Source: Candidatus Aenigmatarchaeota archaeon (GTDB taxonomy: Archaea; Aenigmatarchaeota; Aenigmatarchaeia; Aenigmatarchaeales; Aenigmatarchaeaceae). From it: a stretch of DNA of 39,123 bases. Below the pieces are notes generated by a model. The model was given only the letters and a program-made list of their open reading frames with translations, searched no databases and was not told where the DNA came from. Positions 13,678 to 20,459 of the stretch are shown here, piece by piece (position 1 is the stretch's first letter; each line of letters begins with the position of its first letter). Where the stretch lies: the NCBI GenBank assembly GCA_018221065.1, contig JAAOXY010000082.1:1-39123 (forward strand). The letters run 5' to 3'. Both the position numbers and the translations under genes were made by a program.

Positions 13678-13877
13678 TATATTTCTTTTCCTTTCATTTC
13701 TTTATATCTTTGTCTCCATGCATAATTCCAGTATATCCATTTTGTGCAATCATCTTCTTTATCATGTTTACACATTACTTTAACAATGCAATTATGACAC
13801 GGGCATGAACCATTAATTCCATAGCATACATGAAAGCATGTTTTCTCTACTGAACACCCTCTACAGTTTGTCATCAT
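13677..13877 (-). CDS. small Cys-rich protein, family member (66 aa)
   Basis: ORF track. MMTNCRGC..GSCPCHNCIVKVMC. Stop overlaps the ligase ATG. Confidence 0.75.
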   Translation of the reverse strand: MMTNCRGCSVEKTCFHVCYGINGSCPCHNCIVKVMCKHDKEDDCTKWIYWNYAWRQRYKEMKGKEI

Positions 13878-13881
13878 TTTA

Positions 13882-14070
13882 TTAGTCTTTTAGGTATTCA
13901 TATTCAAGATCATCAGGCTGTTTTCCATATTGCATCTTCATTGTTTCTATTTTACTCTCTGCTGCTTTGGGCAGAGCGAATCCTCCCACAATGCCTTTAC
14001 CATGACAATTCCACCTTGGATCTAATTTAGATTCTAACCACCATGATCCTTCTTTCATACTCATATACAT
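13882..14070 (-). CDS. hypothetical protein (62 aa)
   Basis: ORF track. GGAGA upstream. The in-frame ATG at 14064 has better spacing and may be the true start. Confidence 0.6.
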   Translation of the reverse strand: MYMSMKEGSWWLESKLDPRWNCHGKGIVGGFALPKAAESKIETMKMQYGKQPDDLEYEYLKD

Positions 14071-14118
14071 TCTCCTTTCAGAATAATTATTTTGATTTGC
14101 ATGTCTTCCCTCCTTAAG

Positions 14119-14152
14119 AAAAAAATAGTGCCCCTAAAAATTCGGGGCACTA
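14119..14152 (-). terminator. intrinsic terminator
   Basis: AGTGCCCC ... GGGGCACT 8-bp stem, with a T-run on the minus strand. Below the stop of 14158..14343. Confidence 0.65.
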
Positions 14153-14157
14153 CTTGA

Positions 14158-14343
14158 TTAAAAACTATATTCCATTGCAAGTTCGAGTTCCTTAAGCACT
14201 TGTTCATGAACTGTATCTGGAAGACGTTGACCTGTTTCAAGATCGATGACTTCAAAGATTGATAAGGCTTGTTCAACTTTTGAAAACCAAACCCCATATC
14301 CACAACCGTCGATATAAACATTTTTTGTCATTAGACTTTTCAT
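14158..14343 (-). CDS. hypothetical protein (61 aa)
   Basis: ORF track. GGAGGTAGTACT RBS. Confidence 0.6.
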   Translation of the reverse strand: MKSLMTKNVYIDGCGYGVWFSKVEQALSIFEVIDLETGQRLPDTVHEQVLKELELAMEYSF

Positions 14344-14356
14344 AGTACTACCTCCA

Positions 14357-14623
14357 TCATCGCAGATTTTTGTGCATTATTAAAAGATGACTCCCAACTC
14401 TCTTTCTCAGCTTTGATCTTCTGTTTTGTATGGCAGCTACAGATCTTCCCAAACATCCATGGAGGTCACGATCTGATAGTTCTGATGTAATAATGAGAGC
14501 GTCTTCATCAGCAGTGTATAGTTGACATTTATTTATTGTTGGGTGGAACTGATCATAGTATTTCTTTTTACCTGCTTGCCATATATCCGGATGTTTTACC
14601 CTCCATCTTTTATTCGGTGTCAT
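14357..14623 (-). CDS. putative Myb/SANT-like helix-turn-helix protein (88 aa)
   Basis: ORF track. YTADEDALI...LGRSVAAIQNRRSKL resembles a Myb-like repeat. This is a weak, motif-level call only. Confidence 0.55.
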   Translation of the reverse strand: MTPNKRWRVKHPDIWQAGKKKYYDQFHPTINKCQLYTADEDALIITSELSDRDLHGCLGRSVAAIQNRRSKLRKRVGSHLLIMHKNLR

Positions 14624-14790
14624 TTTTTCACCTCCTTGGTTAGTGACTCTAAAAGTTGAAGACTGGCAACATTTGTATTGTATTTTTTTATCTTCTTTAA
14701 TCGTCTGGCTATTTTTCCACCAGGCCGAAAACGATAGTGATTCATACGTCTTTGATGTTTGAATTTTTTATTCCCGTCTCTTCTTGGCAT
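14620..14790 (-). CDS. highly basic small protein (56 aa)
   Basis: Hand-translated, 57 codons: MPRRDGNKKFKHQRRMNHYRFRPGGKIARRLKKIKKY.. GGAGGAGTTACA RBS. ATGA overlap with the next gene. Confidence 0.45.
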   Translation of the reverse strand: MPRRDGNKKFKHQRRMNHYRFRPGGKIARRLKKIKKYNTNVASLQLLESLTKEVKK

Positions 14791-14815
14791 TGTAACTCCT
14801 CCTTGTTTACAATGT

Positions 14816-15064
14816 TTATTCGGGTTTAATTATGGGGCCGATAACGTAATTCTTTATTTTGTCTAAAACTAAATTTACTTCTGCTGTATCTAAGTTTGAG
14901 GATGTTGCTTGAACATGAAAATTATTTCTATCAATTTTTTCGACGAGAATGACTATACCAGCATTAGGACCTTCAATTTTTTCAGCATCTTTTAACATCC
15001 CCTCTACTGTTTGAAATCTGGTGTCTCCGGTTTTATCATAAAGATCTATGATCTTTCTTGCCAT
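14816..15064 (-). CDS. hypothetical protein (82 aa)
   Basis: ORF track. GGAGGAATT RBS. Confidence 0.7.
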   Translation of the reverse strand: MARKIIDLYDKTGDTRFQTVEGMLKDAEKIEGPNAGIVILVEKIDRNNFHVQATSSNLDTAEVNLVLDKIKNYVIGPIIKPE

Positions 15065-15078
15065 AATTCCTCCTTTGT

Positions 15079-15104
15079 AAAAAAAGGGAATGCCTCAATT
15101 CCCC
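15079..15104 (-). terminator. intrinsic terminator
   Basis: GGGAAT ... ATTCCC stem, with a T-run on the minus strand. Confidence 0.5.
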
Positions 15105-15122
15105 TCTTCCTCTTGATTAGTA

Positions 15123-15317
15123 TTAAACTTTGATAAGCTCAACTTTGTCGCATATGTCATGAGCTAAATTATAAATACCATACCCAAGTAAGTGTGTTGC
15201 TGCTGCATTAAACTTTTCGTTCGCAAGATACACAGTTCCACAATCCATCTCATGAATATTTTCCGGATAGTAATCCCCTTCATCATTTTTCTTTAAGGAA
15301 ACCAATCTTAATATCAT
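15123..15317 (-). CDS. hypothetical protein (64 aa)
   Basis: ORF track. GGAGGTGTG RBS. Promoter core 50 nt upstream. Confidence 0.65.
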   Translation of the reverse strand: MILRLVSLKKNDEGDYYPENIHEMDCGTVYLANEKFNAAATHLLGYGIYNLAHDICDKVELIKV

Positions 15318-15366
15318 TCTTTCACACCTCCTTTCTAATTAAATTAGTAATGAATAACTTCTTACT

Positions 15367-15388
15367 ATTAATTAATATATATAGTATT
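15367..15388 (-). promoter_or_regulatory. early promoter-like cassette core
   Basis: ATTAATTAATATATATAGTATT. Confidence 0.5.
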
Positions 15389-15431
15389 CACATATAAAAG
15401 GAAGGAGTGGGGATAAAAAAAGGGAACATAG

Positions 15432-15626
15432 TTATCCCTTTTTTGGAAGGGAAGATTCGCAACCCCATTCGTAAGTTTTGAATTCTATACATTCTTCTGA
15501 ACACATAACTTTTACAACACAATTAGTACATGGACAAGAGGCGTTTATATTATAGTTGATATATTTACATCGAACGTCTCCACTCTCATAGGAATAGATT
15601 TTACAGCCTTCACAAAACTTATCCAA
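15432..15626 (-). CDS. small Cys-rich protein, family member (64 aa)
   Basis: ORF track. TTG start with AGGAG 7 nt upstream. MDKFCEGC..ASCPCTNCVVKVMC. Confidence 0.65.
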   Translation of the reverse strand: MDKFCEGCKIYSYESGDVRCKYINYNINASCPCTNCVVKVMCSEECIEFKTYEWGCESSLPKKG

Positions 15627-15678
15627 AATATTTCTCCTTTATTCGTCTGCTAAATTAATCAAATCCTCCATTTTTAAT

Positions 15679-15710
15679 AAAAAAAGAGGACCTCCTACTC
15701 CCTCTTTTTT
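15679..15710 (-). terminator. weak intrinsic terminator
   Basis: A-run, AGAGG ... CCTCT, T-run. Confidence 0.4.
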
Positions 15711-15719
15711 GGTTTAAGA

Positions 15720-16028
15720 TTATCGTAAAGTCTGTCTTTTCCATGGTTCTTTTTCTATTCGATAAATATACCAGCCTGCGGATATGAAGACCAGAGCGGT
15801 TACAGTACCACAAATGACCCAGATAGCCCATTTGATATAAACTCCTATTGTTAAGGGCTTATTTCCTTTGATATCCTCATAACTGAATATGGATGCTATA
15901 AATAATCCACAAGCAAACCAGAACATTATCACAAACGTAGTGGGTGGCCATGTGAAATAGAACAGCACAGACATTAGACTACCCCATATGACGAAGAACC
16001 AAATTGGTACGACATTATCTTGTTTCAT
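15720..16028 (-). CDS. polytopic membrane protein (102 aa)
   Basis: ORF track. Three or four hydrophobic segments. Confidence 0.7.
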   Translation of the reverse strand: MKQDNVVPIWFFVIWGSLMSVLFYFTWPPTTFVIMFWFACGLFIASIFSYEDIKGNKPLTIGVYIKWAIWVICGTVTALVFISAGWYIYRIEKEPWKRQTLR

Positions 16029-16059
16029 AAGTTTTTCTCCTTTTTAGATTGTAGATTGC

Positions 16060-16302
16060 TTATACATAATTCCCTATAATATAAACAATCCCACACATGA
16101 CGGTGACTCCACAGGCAGTATACCCAAAAATGATTCCAATTACCTTTACAAACTCAGCATCAATATTCCACCACCATCTTGGCTTATAGTACTTGATGCT
16201 GCCATGTTTGCTTGAGAGATCAACCTGTACTTTTCGATTCTTCTTAATCATGATCAAAAGAATCAGAAATGCCACCGATGCAAACAATATTGGTAGATTC
16301 AT
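16060..16302 (-). CDS. membrane protein (80 aa)
   Basis: ORF track. N- and C-terminal hydrophobic segments. Confidence 0.7.
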   Translation of the reverse strand: MNLPILFASVAFLILLIMIKKNRKVQVDLSSKHGSIKYYKPRWWWNIDAEFVKVIGIIFGYTACGVTVMCGIVYIIGNYV

Positions 16303-16327
16303 AGCTCACCTCCTTACTTTTAATGTA

Positions 16328-16585
16328 TTAGCTCCTGCCCGATTCAAGCTCATAACCTTTTATTTCCATGCACCCCTCAAACACTTTTCTCCAGACTTCA
16401 ACTCGCTCATGATACTTGATGACCCCATCCATAGAAGCTTCATAGGCTTTGGTATTGCAGTAGTCTTTGTCAGCTTCAAACTGATTTTGGCTTTGCATCT
16501 TTAAAGGAGTAAAGAGTTTCTTGGGAGTTTGAGCACATGCTCCAAACATCAAAAACACTAGGGCTATAATCGTTAATTGTTTCAT
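16328..16585 (-). CDS. putative lipoprotein (85 aa)
   Basis: In-frame ATG 16585 with GGAGGAG RBS. MKQLTIIALVFLMFGAC signal peptide with lipobox. Confidence 0.7.
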   Translation of the reverse strand: MKQLTIIALVFLMFGACAQTPKKLFTPLKMQSQNQFEADKDYCNTKAYEASMDGVIKYHERVEVWRKVFEGCMEIKGYELESGRS

Positions 16586-16720
16586 AAGATACTCCTCCTG
16601 TAAAATTATTGAACATCTTGAATTAAGAATAAGACATAACCAATCCACCATAAACTCGCCGCCGTTAATTCATACCACTTGAGTTTATCAATCAACATAA
16701 ATTGATAATCGATTAATAAC

Positions 16721-17194
16721 TTAAGGAGTTGCTTCAATGGTTCCACCTGGCCCATGAACTTCAAACCAATGAAGCGAATTGTCATGTTTGGCGAACATGT
16801 GGTATTGATCAATGCTATGAGTAATAACGATTGTAATATCACTTGAGATATCATTTATTTCCTGACAGGATCCGGTTGAAGCATATGTTTGATAATCAGT
16901 ATAATATGCTTCCTGTGCTAGTACTGCTGTGTGAAGTGCTGACATCGCATCTGTATCAAATGCTCTCACTCGATAATATGCAAACTGAGGAATTGCAATA
17001 GCAGCAAGGGTACCAATGATGGCTATAACTATTATCAACTCGATGAGAGTGAAACCTTTTTCATCGCTTCTAATCTTTATCATCTTTTTTGGTTTTGATC
17101 TAGAACCGAATTTAAGAATCCATAACACCAAGACGACACCGATCATGATTGAGAAACTCCAGATCATAAAATCATCACTTTGTAAATAAGTCAT
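16721..17194 (-). CDS. type IV pilin-like / pseudopilin-like protein (157 aa)
   Basis: ORF track. KGFTLIELIIVIAIIGTLAAIAIPQF is the prepilin N-terminal cleavage/methylation motif. A strong GGAGG RBS serves the long form starting at 17194. An internal ATG at 17083 would give a classic short leader. Confidence 0.75.
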   Translation of the reverse strand: MTYLQSDDFMIWSFSIMIGVVLVLWILKFGSRSKPKKMIKIRSDEKGFTLIELIIVIAIIGTLAAIAIPQFAYYRVRAFDTDAMSALHTAVLAQEAYYTDYQTYASTGSCQEINDISSDITIVITHSIDQYHMFAKHDNSLHWFEVHGPGGTIEATP

Positions 17195-17229
17195 AGTATT
17201 ACCTCCTTTTAATTTAGTATATATTTCTT

Positions 17230-17394
17230 TTATTTTCTGTATTTTTTATTCATTTCTTTAACCAATGGATCAATAATTTCATCTCCCCTTTTAACGAGAT
17301 GTTTAAGTTCATCGTCTTCAATGGTTGTTTCCTTGAGAGTTTTTAACAACATCGCCAAGGTCATAAGATCGGCATCATATATAATAGAACTCAT
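17230..17394 (-). CDS. hypothetical protein (54 aa)
   Basis: In-frame ATG 17394 with AAGGAGG RBS. Promoter core 53 nt upstream. Confidence 0.6.
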   Translation of the reverse strand: MSSIIYDADLMTLAMLLKTLKETTIEDDELKHLVKRGDEIIDPLVKEMNKKYRK

Positions 17395-17446
17395 TTGAAC
17401 CTCCTTTTTTAGGTTAATAAATATATACAAATAGGTCTTTTATTTT

Positions 17447-17468
17447 CATTAATTAATATATATAGAAA
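17447..17468 (-). promoter_or_regulatory. early promoter-like cassette core
   Basis: CATTAATTAATATATATAGAAA. Confidence 0.5.
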
Positions 17469-17525
17469 AACGAAATAAAGGGAACAAAAAAATGTCCGTC
17501 CCTTACACCCGCCCGATAACTATAT

Positions 17526-17548
17526 CAATAATTAATATATATAGAAAG
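17526..17548 (-). promoter_or_regulatory. early promoter-like cassette core (orphan tandem copy)
   Basis: CAATAATTAATATATATAGAAAG. No ORF lies between it and the next core. On the minus strand it is followed by an AAGGGAC..GTTCCCTT hairpin and a T-rich tract. Confidence 0.4.
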
Positions 17549-17563
17549 TGAAACTAAAAAAAG

Positions 17564-17597
17564 GTAGGGGACAACTTATAAATAAGAAGTCCCCTAC
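17564..17597 (-). terminator. 9-bp hairpin GTAGGGGAC / GTCCCCTAC with T-run on the minus strand
   Basis: Seen directly in the strand-switch region. Confidence 0.45.
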
Positions 17598-17691
17598 AGA
17601 AAGGAGATAGATAACTACATGTATACTATTAATAAAGTTGATCCGCGGCATACAAGCGCGAAACTCCAGTATATGAATATACTGGAATAAC

Positions 17692-17700
17692 TAGAACAAA
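17692..17700 (+). promoter_or_regulatory. + strand operon motif TAGAACAAA
   Basis: 19 nt upstream of ATG 17720. One of six copies. Confidence 0.45.
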
Positions 17701-17719
17701 TATCAAAGGAGATTTAGTT

Positions 17720-18322
17720 ATGAATGATTATAATAAAGATAATTATGAGATCAAAAAATCTGATATTCATGGGCGTGGGGTTTTTTCAAATAAGAATTTT
17801 AGCGCAGGTGAATTGATTAATTTGGCTATTGATAATATGCAGGCAACACACTTCGGCGGATTCTTAAATCATTCTGATTCTCCAAATGCCGTTACAAGAA
17901 AAAATAAAAATAAGTATTATACTTTTGCTTTGGCTAGAATTAAACCAGGTGATGAAATAGCAGTTGATTATACTGTCAATAAAGATCTTGAGCAACCAGA
18001 ATCTACATGGAAATATCATCAAGAAGCTTCGCCAAATAATGGAGTATTCACTGATACAAATCCAAAAGTAGATGATGAAACTATTTCTTCTTTATATAAA
18101 GGGACTGTTCCTCAAGGAAAAAATGCTGAAGTAGAAGTTGATGACGATGTTGAAGAAAGCACAACTGCCAATCAACCAAATCCTGGTTTCGCTTCTGGGA
18201 TAGATAAGAGCCCGGACGATTCATATCTTAATCTTCTTAAAAAATCTATCAAACCAACAAAGATAGTAATCAATATAACTAAAGATAATAGGGGAGCTGA
18301 TCCTTATAATAAAGTTCACTAA
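17720..18322 (+). CDS. minimal SET-domain methyltransferase-like protein with acidic low-complexity tail (200 aa)
   Basis: ORF track. HGRGVFS..F.AGELI, GGFLNHSDSPNA (NHSxxPN motif), IKPGDEIAVDY (post-SET-like ELxxDY position). Confidence 0.75.
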   Translation: MNDYNKDNYEIKKSDIHGRGVFSNKNFSAGELINLAIDNMQATHFGGFLNHSDSPNAVTRKNKNKYYTFALARIKPGDEIAVDYTVNKDLEQPESTWKYHQEASPNNGVFTDTNPKVDDETISSLYKGTVPQGKNAEVEVDDDVEESTTANQPNPGFASGIDKSPDDSYLNLLKKSIKPTKIVINITKDNRGADPYNKVH

Positions 18323-18362
18323 AAAATACCACACATAATAGTAACCATGTGTAGTATTTTTG
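18321..18362. terminator. bidirectional terminator
   Basis: A-run, ATACCACACAT ... ATGTGTAGTAT, T-run. Lies between convergent genes. Confidence 0.6.
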
Positions 18363-18370
18363 TTTCTCTC

Positions 18371-18538
18371 CTATTTAGACGATTTCCTGTGATGTGTTGA
18401 TTTTCTCTTTTTGGATTTTTTTCTCTTTGCTTTTGCCTGGAATCTTGCTTCCATTCGTTTCTCTCTGGCTCTGGCGTTCAGTATTGTTACCACCGTACTA
18501 AACGAAAGCAATCCAATGTAAAACCACATTTTTCCCAT
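18371..18538 (-). CDS. small membrane protein with highly basic tail (55 aa)
   Basis: In-frame ATG 18538 with GGGGGATAAATACT, the same 17-nt initiation region as at 1937. Confidence 0.55.
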   Translation of the reverse strand: MGKMWFYIGLLSFSTVVTILNARAREKRMEARFQAKAKRKKSKKRKSTHHRKSSK

Positions 18539-18554
18539 AGTATTTATCCCCCTT

Positions 18555-18740
18555 TTAATTAAACATTTTGAGTCTAGGTTGTGTGAAGACCAGGTCACCA
18601 TTCCTCGGATTTATAACATAATCTTCATATATTTCAAGCGTTCGGAATTTTGGTTTTGTCTCTCTTGGGATGAAATGGAACATCTGGTCAAAGGCTAGAA
18701 ACAAACCGGATAGTAATATTATAAATACTGAAATAGTCAT
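18555..18740 (-). CDS. small membrane protein (61 aa)
   Basis: In-frame ATG 18740 with GGAGGTATTTGCT RBS. Promoter core 25 nt upstream. Confidence 0.55.
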   Translation of the reverse strand: MTISVFIILLSGLFLAFDQMFHFIPRETKPKFRTLEIYEDYVINPRNGDLVFTQPRLKMFN

Positions 18741-18764
18741 AGCAAATACCTCCTTAGATTTATT

Positions 18765-18788
18765 CACTAATTAATATATATAGTAATT
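18765..18788 (-). promoter_or_regulatory. early promoter-like cassette core
   Basis: CACTAATTAATATATATAGTAATT. Confidence 0.5.
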
Positions 18789-18797
18789 CATTTTAAA

Positions 18798-18807
18798 TAA
18801 GAACAAA
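18798..18807 (+). promoter_or_regulatory. + strand operon motif TAAGAACAAA
   Basis: 17 nt upstream of ATG 18825. Confidence 0.4.
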
Positions 18808-18824
18808 TATAATGAGGTAAAAAC

Positions 18825-18986
18825 ATGAGAGAATCTTTTCCAAAAAAAGTTATAAGAGAGTTAAAACAGATGTTAGAAGATGCCCCCTTTCCGGATGAGG
18901 GATCTAAAAAAGATAGTAATGATGTTTTAGATGTTTTAGGGTGGAGACTTAATCTGGATGCTGAAGAAGATTCTGAGGAAGAGTGA
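18825..18986 (+). CDS. small acidic protein (53 aa)
   Basis: Hand-translated, 54 codons. GAGGT RBS. Preferred over the antisense track ORF 18788..19021. Confidence 0.5.
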   Translation: MRESFPKKVIRELKQMLEDAPFPDEGSKKDSNDVLDVLGWRLNLDAEEDSEEE

Positions 18987-19000
18987 ATCTTTTTAAATAT

Positions 19001-19009
19001 TAGAACAAA
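19001..19009 (+). promoter_or_regulatory. + strand operon motif TAGAACAAA
   Basis: 23 nt upstream of ATG 19033. Confidence 0.45.
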
Positions 19010-19032
19010 ATCTAAATTCACTTGGGGGTACT

Positions 19033-19479
19033 ATGATTAAAAGTCTTTCTATAATTTTATTGATATTATTGTTTGCAACAACTGGGATGAGTGCACCTTT
19101 ATCATCACAGCCGAATATACTCAAAGAACAACCAATTCAATCTACTTTTTTATATCATGTTTTTATTCTAGACCAAGAAATTATTCCAGCAATTTATAGA
19201 TATTTTGACTTATCAAACTTTAAAAAAGCTCCAACCATAGAGCAGCAAAAAGAAATTGGTAAAAATATAGAGACTGTATTTTCAGCATATACAGCCAAGT
19301 ATAAATTAGATAAGATGAAGGTAACTTTACAGCTTGTGGATAATGATACAAAATTGATGCTTTTTGTATATTTTTATGAATACAACTCAAGAAGTTCACA
19401 ATATACACTTGCTTCTATAGGCCGGCAAATTCCAATTTTTAAAATGATTAACAATTTTGAACTTGAAACTATGGAGTGA
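19033..19479 (+). CDS. secreted protein (148 aa)
   Basis: ORF track. MIKSLSIILLILLFATTGMSAP signal peptide. Confidence 0.75.
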   Translation: MIKSLSIILLILLFATTGMSAPLSSQPNILKEQPIQSTFLYHVFILDQEIIPAIYRYFDLSNFKKAPTIEQQKEIGKNIETVFSAYTAKYKLDKMKVTLQLVDNDTKLMLFVYFYEYNSRSSQYTLASIGRQIPIFKMINNFELETME

Positions 19480-19484
19480 TCGAT

Positions 19485-19889
19485 ATGACTGCAGATGACA
19501 AATACTTGACAAAAAATGATTTGGCGTTACTAATGGAAAGTTATCAGAATATGTTTTTAATGCATAAAAATATTTTAGATCAACAAAGTGATATGAGCGA
19601 TGATCTGAAGAAAATTATAGATACACAAAATGAGATTGTAAAAGGTCAATCTACAGACCTTAATGAAATAGGTAAAATTGTTAATACGTTAGATTCACTT
19701 TCCAGCAAGTTGGAAAAGACATACGATAGTTTAGATACAACAGAGGGAAAATTGATAGAAAAGATAGATCAGCATAATGTCGAGCTTGTAAAATTTGCTG
19801 GGTCTATAACTAATAAAGTTTATTTAGCATGGGTGGGTAGTGCCACTGTTATTTTGGGTCTTATAGGTTTATTTCTTAAATTAAGTTAA
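19485..19889 (+). CDS. coiled-coil protein with C-terminal TM anchor
   Basis: ATG 19485 lies 8 nt after GGAG (the track uses GTG 19476). C-terminal VGSATVILGLIGLFLKL. Confidence 0.7.
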   Translation: MTADDKYLTKNDLALLMESYQNMFLMHKNILDQQSDMSDDLKKIIDTQNEIVKGQSTDLNEIGKIVNTLDSLSSKLEKTYDSLDTTEGKLIEKIDQHNVELVKFAGSITNKVYLAWVGSATVILGLIGLFLKLS

Positions 19890-19904
19890 GAGGACGAAAA
19901 AAGC

Positions 19905-20441
19905 ATGGAGAAATTAAAAAAAGAACTTGAAGAAACAAAGAAAGAATTAGAAAAAACTAAAACTGCTATTTGGGATATGATGAATTATTCTAGTATGTTT
20001 GTTTTAATTCTTGACGATAAAATGTGTATTCAATTTATCAACTGGAGTTTAGCTACAGCACTTGGTTTTAAAAATGAAGACGAGCCTCTTGGAAAATGTT
20101 GGTTGGATTTTATTCCAATAGAGCAGAGAGAAATTATATCAGGAATACATAATTCAATTAAAAATGCCGACGAAGAAAAACATAGAGAAATGATAAACGA
20201 TATTAAATGTGTCAATGGAGATGTGATGTCTATAAAATGGTTTAATACTAAAATAAACCGTGAACATGAATGGACTTTTAGTTTTGGTTTAGTAGTGGAA
20301 GCAGCCAATCAGGTTACAGAGGAATCTCTTAGATCATATTATCATGATATTATTCAGAAAGATCGAACTGCAATTTTGTCACTGAGGGATAAAATATTGA
20401 ACGGGTCTGTAACTCAAGATGTAGGCGAACCAAAACTTTAA
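19905..20441 (+). CDS. PAS-like domain protein (178 aa)
   Basis: ORF track. N-terminal coiled coil, then a PAS-fold-like pattern (..FVLILDDKMCIQFINWSLATALGF..E.LGK.WLDFIP...R..I...I... .DIKCVNGDVMSIKWFNT). Fold-level guess. Confidence 0.6.
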   Translation: MEKLKKELEETKKELEKTKTAIWDMMNYSSMFVLILDDKMCIQFINWSLATALGFKNEDEPLGKCWLDFIPIEQREIISGIHNSIKNADEEKHREMINDIKCVNGDVMSIKWFNTKINREHEWTFSFGLVVEAANQVTEESLRSYYHDIIQKDRTAILSLRDKILNGSVTQDVGEPKL

Positions 20442-20459
20442 TACACGAAAGGAACAACA

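Noticed and set aside
14061-14321. 86-aa minus-strand track ORF overlapping 14158..14343
   Set aside because: It crosses the 14119-14152 terminator hairpin and lacks an RBS. The competing frame has GGAGG.
16606-16854. 82-aa minus-strand track ORF
   Set aside because: It overlaps the 3' end of the pilin-like gene out of frame and has no RBS.
17619-17690. 23-codon + strand mini-ORF (MYTINKVDPRHTSAKLQYMNILE) in the strand-switch region
   Set aside because: The AAGGAG is 12 nt from the ATG and the ORF is very short, with nothing to compare it against. It cannot be supported from sequence alone.
1935-18552. Identical 17-nt CATAGTATTTATCCCCC at two gene starts (1935-1951 and 18536-18552)
   Set aside because: The repeat is real, but it is short and is simply a shared ATG-plus-RBS context. 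There is no evidence of a larger duplicated unit around it.
2499-18788. Could the repeated TTAATATATATAG-containing cassettes be a CRISPR array or other spacer-repeat locus?
   Set aside because: The copies are separated by hundreds to thousands of bases of coding sequence at irregular intervals. Each precedes an RBS and ATG, and no uniform spacers exist. This is a promoter-like arrangement, not an array.
18788-19021. 77-aa minus-strand track ORF
   Set aside because: It is antisense to the + ORF 18825..18986, which has an RBS and the upstream TAAGAACAAA motif. It is Ser-rich and low-complexity, as expected for an antisense frame.
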